A stretch of 64,000 nucleotides of DNA from Actinomycetota bacterium (lineage in GTDB: Bacteria; Actinomycetota; Aquicultoria; UBA3085; Oleimmundimicrobiaceae): assembly GCA_030017835.1 (NCBI GenBank), contig JASEGU010000001.1, forward strand, positions 24,341-88,340, written 5' to 3'. The stretch's first letter is position 1, and every line of letters starts with the position of its first letter. A program made the translations under genes and the position numbers. A model generated the notes under the pieces. The model worked only from the letters and a program-made list of their open reading frames with translations. It made no database searches and was not told the DNA's origin. Shown here piece by piece: positions 61,256-64,000 of this stretch.

Positions 61256-62530
61256 ATGACCCGAAAGGAAAAATTGAGCAGAATGAACCATCCAAGGAAA
61301 ATGTTAATAGCTGGCGTCGCAACAATATTATGCATTGCAAGCTTTGCGCCTTTCTTTTTTATACCCCATGCCATCTCGGCCAGCGGCGGCCATACGGTAA
61401 CCTTCAATGTTGTCGCCCCGCCGGATGAAGGTGGCGGAGGCGGCGTTCTCCCATACACCGAGAAGGTGGAGCGCGTCTTTGGGCCGGACCGCTACCGCAC
61501 CGCCGCCACCGTCAGCCAAAAAGGCTGGCCGAAGGGGTCAACCTATGTAATCGTTTCGACCGGCGAAAATTTTCCTGACGGCCTAGCCGGTAGCGCCCTG
61601 GCCGGCGCTTATGGCTGTCCTATCCTCTTGACCGAGACTGGCGCCTTAAACTCCTATGCCAAGGGTGAGATAAATCGCTTGAAGGCAACCGGATGCTTCA
61701 TCTTGGGTGAAACAGGCGCCGTCAGTGACAGCGTGAGGGCTCAAATAATAGCTCAGACCGGCGCCGATAATATTACCAGGCTGGGAGGGATAGATCGCTA
61801 CGAGACGGCCGAGATTATTGCAGGGGCTGTCAAGGCTAAAACTTCAAGGGTGGGTAAGGTCATCATCGCAAGCGGCGAAGACTTCCCGGATGCTCTGGCC
61901 GTCTCTCCGCTTGCAGGTTACAAGGGGTTTCCCATCCTGCTGGTGAAGAAAGATAGCGTTCCGGCCTCCACGCAGAGCGCCATAAAGAGTCTCGGGGCAA
62001 CCTCTGCCATCGTGGTTGGCGGAAACGGGGTTGTAAGCGATGCGGCCTTCTCTTCCTTAGTAATCGGATCGCCTGGTTATGGGATAGCGGGCCGGATAGT
62101 GAGCCAGGCTACTAAAGAGAGGCTTGAAGATATGAAAACCGCCGCCTTGAGACTCTTGGGAATAACCACTGCCAAGCCCTCATCAAACATGGCCGCTGCG
62201 GCTTTCACTTCGGCCACAAGGCTGGCCGGAGCGGATAGATATGAGACGGCCGTAGCCGTAGCCGAGCATTCCAAATCGATCTACGGACTCTCTTATAACA
62301 CCACCTTAGCCGCTACCGGAGTACTCTTTCCCGATGCTTTGACCGGCGGGGCTTATGGGGCGCAGGTAGGCTCGGTCATGATCCTGGTCCATCCGGCCGA
62401 TTTAACCGCTTCAAAACCGACCAAGGACTTTCTAGCCGCAAACAGGGGAGCCATAAGCAAGGTTGTAATCTTGGGCGGGCCGGGAGCGGTCTCGGAGGCC
62501 GTTTTGGGTCAGATAGATGCTCTCATTTAG
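61256..62530 (+). CDS. Secreted cell wall binding repeat 2 (CWB2) protein with three repeats and no catalytic domain
   Basis: Signal peptide; three G.DRY.TA ... FPD(A/G)L ... (P)ILL(T/V)-type repeats; Gly-rich linker. Confidence 0.88.
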   Translation: MTRKEKLSRMNHPRKMLIAGVATILCIASFAPFFFIPHAISASGGHTVTFNVVAPPDEGGGGGVLPYTEKVERVFGPDRYRTAATVSQKGWPKGSTYVIVSTGENFPDGLAGSALAGAYGCPILLTETGALNSYAKGEINRLKATGCFILGETGAVSDSVRAQIIAQTGADNITRLGGIDRYETAEIIAGAVKAKTSRVGKVIIASGEDFPDALAVSPLAGYKGFPILLVKKDSVPASTQSAIKSLGATSAIVVGGNGVVSDAAFSSLVIGSPGYGIAGRIVSQATKERLEDMKTAALRLLGITTAKPSSNMAAAAFTSATRLAGADRYETAVAVAEHSKSIYGLSYNTTLAATGVLFPDALTGGAYGAQVGSVMILVHPADLTASKPTKDFLAANRGAISKVVILGGPGAVSEAVLGQIDALI

Positions 62531-62707
62531 TCAAATCGGTTTTCGGTCCTTATAAGCCATTTTCTTCTGAAAGTGCGGCCCGAAAAATAAAGGCGCCAAA
62601 ATTTTAACGGCCAAGAAGACGCGCCAATGCCTAAAAAACGTGGCTGAGCCTTGGTTTTTATTTTTTACTGCTTTTGCCGGCTAGCGAAAATAGTCGATAG
62701 ACGCATA

Positions 62708-62737
62708 TTGACAAACGCTAGGTTAAGGTTTTATAAT
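62708..62737 (+). promoter_or_regulatory. Consensus sigma70 promoter of the secreted subunit gene
   Basis: TTGACA-18 bp-TATAAT. Confidence 0.75.
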
Positions 62738-62830
62738 GAAAATCACAAAGAAGTGGTCACACAAAAGGCGGCCATTTTTAGTAACAAAAACATTAGGGGC
62801 AATATCTAAAAAGGCGAGGAGGTGGACTAA

Positions 62831-63394
62831 ACGAACAAGAAGAACACATTGAAGAGGAAGATGGTGGCCATGGCCAGCGTAGCGGCCTATCTTTTGGGTT
62901 CCACCACACTTGGATTTACCCCTGCAGCGGTGGCGGCAATCAAGACGGGAGATCATACGGTTACCTTTAATTATAAGGTGGCTATGGATCTGACACTTTC
63001 GACTGCAACTGTAAACTTCGGTGACGTATACGCTTACGATGGAGAATTGGTTGATAAATCTGGCGGGACAATCAATGTCAAGACCAACAAGAAATGGGGT
63101 CTCACAGTTGAGTCTTTGGGAAGAGACGGCGTTGAGGGCGGAGATGATGATAGTAAATTTGCAACGGCCGGTGCGGAGAGGATAGATGTAAACAAATTGA
63201 ACGTAACCTCGGCAGGGGGTTTTGTATTCAAACACGATATGACTGGAGCTCCGGTCCCTGTTTTGGAAAACCAGCTCAGAACGACGACCGGTGGAAGAGT
63301 AGCTAATTTAACATATACCCTCACTCTTGATGGAAATGAAGATTTGGCTGATGGCTATCGGACTGTGATACGCTACACCGCGTTTAATAGCTAA
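62831..63394 (+). CDS. Secreted beta-rich pilin/WxL/spore-coat-U-like subunit (start ACG 62831, or TTG 62849/ATG 62861)
   Basis: Signal peptide ending AVA, alternating beta-strand patterns, VNFG, WGLTV, C-terminal GYRTVIRYTA strand. Confidence 0.7.
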   Translation, partial: TNKKNTLKRKMVAMASVAAYLLGSTTLGFTPAAVAAIKTGDHTVTFNYKVAMDLTLSTATVNFGDVYAYDGELVDKSGGTINVKTNKKWGLTVESLGRDGVEGGDDDSKFATAGAERIDVNKLNVTSAGGFVFKHDMTGAPVPVLENQLRTTTGGRVANLTYTLTLDGNEDLADGYRTVIRYTAFNS

Positions 63395-63410
63395 ACATTT
63401 AAGTTTATGT

Positions 63411-63440
63411 AAAAAAACCCACCTTGAGGTGGGTTTTTTT
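63411..63440. terminator. Bidirectional intrinsic terminator
   Basis: AAAAAAACCCACC-TTGA-GGTGGGTTTTTTT perfect inverted repeat. Confidence 0.9.
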
Positions 63441-63524
63441 ATTAATATTCATCTAGGTAGCAATATGTCTTTAAATATCATATAATATTTAGAGTTGGCC
63501 GATAACACCTTTTGGGGTGAGTTT

Positions 63525-64000
63525 ATGCATAGAAGATTGTTAACTGTCCTTATTTCGATTTTATTATTTGTCACTTTAGCCCATCCGTCTCTTGCTCAAG
63601 AGATAAACATCGGGGTAACTCCCTCAAAGCTTGATTTCGAAATAAGGGCGGGCGACAGTTACACCACAAAAATAAGAGTATCGAATAATTCGGACTTAAC
63701 TTCCCATGTCATCGCCTATGCGGGCGACTACTCAGTATCGCAGACCAACGTCTATAAATTCTTCGACGCTGGAGAGATGGAGGCATCCAACGCCAAGTGG
63801 ATAACCATCACCCCAAATGACTTCCATATCCCGCCCGGCGGGGTCCAGGAGGTCACCTTGACCCTGAAGGCCCCAATGGGTATCCTCTACGGCACCCATC
63901 ACAGCGCCGTCTTCTTTGAGACCAAATTGGATCCGATACAAGGCGAGAAGGGCATGGTTGGTCAGGTGGCCAGGATTGGCACAGCCGTTGTCTCGGCCGT
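63525..64000 (+). CDS. Secreted chaperone-like protein (PapD/EcpB- or DUF916/WxLIP-like), truncated by window end
   Basis: Not in the ORF track because it has no stop in the window; GGGGTG RBS, ATG 63525, signal peptide, IGVTPSKLDF, IRVSNNS, WITITPNDFHIPPGGVQEV, G.HHSAVFF. Confidence 0.72.
   Translation, partial: MHRRLLTVLISILLFVTLAHPSLAQEINIGVTPSKLDFEIRAGDSYTTKIRVSNNSDLTSHVIAYAGDYSVSQTNVYKFFDAGEMEASNAKWITITPNDFHIPPGGVQEVTLTLKAPMGILYGTHHSAVFFETKLDPIQGEKGMVGQVARIGTAVVSA

Noticed and set aside
62723..63235. 170-aa minus-strand ORF
   Set aside because: It is antisense to the secreted subunit gene, which has the promoter, SD, signal peptide and terminator.

Overview
Chromosomal core-genome segment with every credible gene on the + strand. 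It probably comes from a monoderm, deep-branching Actinomycetota-like bacterium. This is an inference from steA/steB, UPF0182, the aroC-aroK-aroB-aroQ-pepQ-efp-nusB order, CWB2 repeats and pilMNO(P) without pilQ, mixed with Firmicute-like gene blocks. Contents in order: type IV pilus alignment genes; shikimate genes; efp; a pyruvate carboxylase-B/AccB fusion plus accC; nusB-xseB-dxs-tlyA-nadK-recN; steAB with two glycosyltransferases; pyrG; M20 peptidase-DUF3866-NUDIX-xerD-deoB-pdp; UPF0182; a DHH-CBS tRNA nucleotidyltransferase; S2P-trpS-scpAB-rluB; a cobalamin riboswitch-controlled corrinoid salvage operon; hisC-aroF-tyrA-aroA-cmk-plsC-ispH-DUF512-der-plsY-gpsA; and tRNA-Pro(GGG). After the tRNA is an accessory region with a DUF433/PIN toxin-antitoxin pair whose toxin is frameshifted, followed by a surface locus. 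The best candidate for a new system is this locus. It contains a CWB2 cell-wall anchor whose only non-anchor part is a short N-terminal beta-strand (HTVTFN). The same strand is at the mature N-terminus of the adjacent, strongly promoted secreted pilin-like protein, which probably starts at an ACG codon. A chaperone-like gene follows and is cut by the window end. Together these suggest a wall-tethered, donor-strand-exchange fibre with no usher visible in the window. All calls come from motif recognition by eye; no database searches were run.
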